DNA of 64,000 bases from Monocercomonoides exilis PA203 (Eukaryota; Protista; Preaxostyla). The translations under genes were made by a program, and so were the position numbers. How positions within the stretch are numbered: the stretch's first letter is position 1; each line of letters opens with the position of its first letter. The notes under the pieces were generated by a model. The model was not told the origin of the DNA, did no database searches, and saw nothing but the letters and a program-made list of their open reading frames with translations. This document shows positions 61,970 through 64,000 of the stretch, piece after piece. Where the stretch lies: contig LSRY02000020.1 in NCBI GenBank assembly GCA_001643675.2, positions 558,001 to 622,000 of the forward strand, read 5' to 3'.

Positions 61970-64000
61970 TCACCTGCTTAGCGAGCGAATGTGCTTATCC
62001 CTCTTCCTTGTATGAGCCAGAAGATAAACTGCCACAAGCACCTCGCAGCTTATGATGGTATAGAAAAGATTGCGCCCCAACTTCGATTTTTTCCCATCGC
62101 CTTCAGTGGCAGCAAGCAAACTGTTCAAAGACTTCTGAAGCTCTGCATTCTTTTCTTCCGTATCCTTTATAGCTTTGCTCATTTCATCCTCCACTGCGCT
62201 GTTGAGAATCTTCATCTGTGAGTCCATCGACTTTCTCAATGACCCTCTTGTACCATCCAAAATGGCATCAACTGCAGTTTTAATCTCCTTATTTTTGGCT
62301 TCAACTGAGCTGACGCACAACTTTGTAACTTTTTCCTCAAAAGCTTTGTAAGAAACAACTTTGTCTTTACTTTGAGCTGTCGTGTTTGGCGCAAACGTGT
62401 TCGATGCAATAAACGAAGTAAGAGACGATGAAACTGCAGAGGAAATAGACGACTTCAGCTTAGCCGTGAGCTCTGCTTCCAGCGCTTTCTTCTTCTCCTC
62501 GATCGTCTTCTTCAACATTTCAGCATTCTGAATGAACTGTGCTCTTGTCATCGCCACATTTGCTGTCTGTTGAGACTGAGGATTTTGAGACGATTGCGGC
62601 GCTTGCTGCACCATTCTCTGAAGCAGCCTTTCTTTGTCAGCAATTGCACTCTCCAATGCATCTATCTTTTTCTGGAGAGCTGCAATTGAGCTGGCAGCAT
62701 CATTCAGCGCTTTGTCGGAGGCTTCTGGCTTGGCGGGCTGAGTCTGAGGCGTCTGAGGTTGAGCTTGCTGTGGAGTGGGGGAAGATGGAGTTGATGTGGA
62801 TTGTTGTTGAGGATTCTTCAATTCTTCTACTTGAGGACTTTGCGGTGCTTGTGAAGGTTGTGAGGGTTGTGTAGGTTGTGTAGGTTGGGAAGGTTGAGGA
62901 TTTTGAGGTGTTTGGTCAGGCTTATTCGTTTGCGGCTGGGCAGAAGCCGGTGCAGCATCTGCTTGCGGTTGCTGCTGTGGTGGTTGTTGTGGTGGCTGAG
63001 TCTGCTGAGGAGCTTCTTCATGAGGCGCAGCTGCTGGTTGAGATGAGTTTTGTTGTGAGCTTTGCCCCTTTGTGATTGATAATAAAAGAAGAGAAATAGA
63101 CAAATGAACATAATTCAGTTAAAAAAATGAATTTGTGAGTAATAATTTCTGTACAATGAGATCAAGTCAACAAACCAATGAAGAGCGTATGGGGGTATTC
63201 CAGTTGAGCAGAGGAAAGCCTCTGAGCTTGCTTTCTTTGGGATTTTCTGCAGACAGATCATCAGCTTTTGTTGGCACAGCATCTGTTCTTTTGGGGATGT
63301 GATGGATCACTTCAGTCACATAAGCTTGGTTGATCTCATGGACATCAGTAACATCTCCCGTTGCTGCTGTGAAGCCAAAGTGATACCCTGTTGGGAGCTC
63401 AATTTCATGCACAATCATGACAGTTTGAAAGGCTGTTGACTTCAGTTGGATTAGAGGATTAACGACTCCCAATTGTTCTGAAATATTATCTCCAACACCT
63501 TGTTCCCAATCTGAAGGAATCTTCACTCCTGATCCTCGCATCCCATTGTCTATTTGGACCATCAGAGTTTTGTTTTCGTACACAACTCTGGCACGTGCTG
63601 CTGTACCTGGATTTCTGAACTGGCATTGGCCTCCTCCAAGCAGTTGAGTAATTCCATCATTGTCATGATCATATGAAAGAGTTCCGTCATTTACGATAGC
63701 CTAAAGAAGTTTTATGAAAACTGAGATTAAAAATATTGAAACATACCAATATATACGGATTATTTCTTTATTTTCAAAATTTTAATTACAATGCAAAGAA
63801 AAATTGAAAAGAATCAAAAGAAGCCTATAAAAAAATACCCTCTGTGATCGTTATCATATGTATCAAATATAACGCTGAGTCCCTTCCATTTATCCTGTGA
63901 ACCATATACGCTTCCTGGGCTATTTGGCTTTTCAACATACCAGAATGCCATTCCGTCTGAAAACATTTGGTAAAATGTCAAAAACTTTCTGAAATACTTA
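61970..64000 (-). CDS. L-type lectin cargo receptor, ERGIC-53/VIP36 (LMAN1/2-like); 5' end outside the window
   Basis: DGMAFWY, VYGSQDKWKGLSVIFDTYDND, VNDGTLSYDHDNDG, CQFRN, LPTGYHFGFTAATGDVTDVHEI. Then Q/P-rich linker, coiled coil, TM LFYTIISCEVLVAVYLLA and a short basic tail. Confidence 0.9.

Noticed and set aside
1-64000. tRNA, rRNA, reverse transcriptase or Fanzor/TnpB genes
   Set aside because: No recognisable signatures by eye; tRNAscan-SE, Infernal and HMM searches would be needed to exclude them.

Overview
AT-rich, intron-containing eukaryotic (protist) genomic DNA in the standard genetic code. The gene families and short GT-AG introns (often GTTTG donors) strongly resemble the oxymonad Monocercomonoides (inference). 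Host genes: F-box/WD40, TRIC-like membrane protein, nucleoplasmin-like, casein kinase 1, Sec10, RBBP4/MSI1, giant pecanex-4-like, F-box + TMEM185-like membrane protein, 2.7-kaa beta-helix receptor pseudokinase, IWS1, ERGIC-53/VIP36-type lectin. About 6-23 kb is a DNA-transposon cluster. A Merlin (IS1595/ISXO2-like) element with TIRs and an 8-bp TSD (6289-14059) contains a complete cargo-carrying hAT element with TIRs and an 8-bp TSD (7699-13984). Two adjacent elements sharing the terminus TAGATGAATT follow, one enclosing a decayed copy of the receptor-kinase-like surface-protein family. Two inverted-repeat MITE/foldback elements and a MULE remnant (head-to-head with the intact receptor gene) lie further right. 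Best candidate for an undescribed system: TIR-transposon-mediated capture and spread of the expanded surface-receptor family. All family assignments are by motif recognition, not database search.
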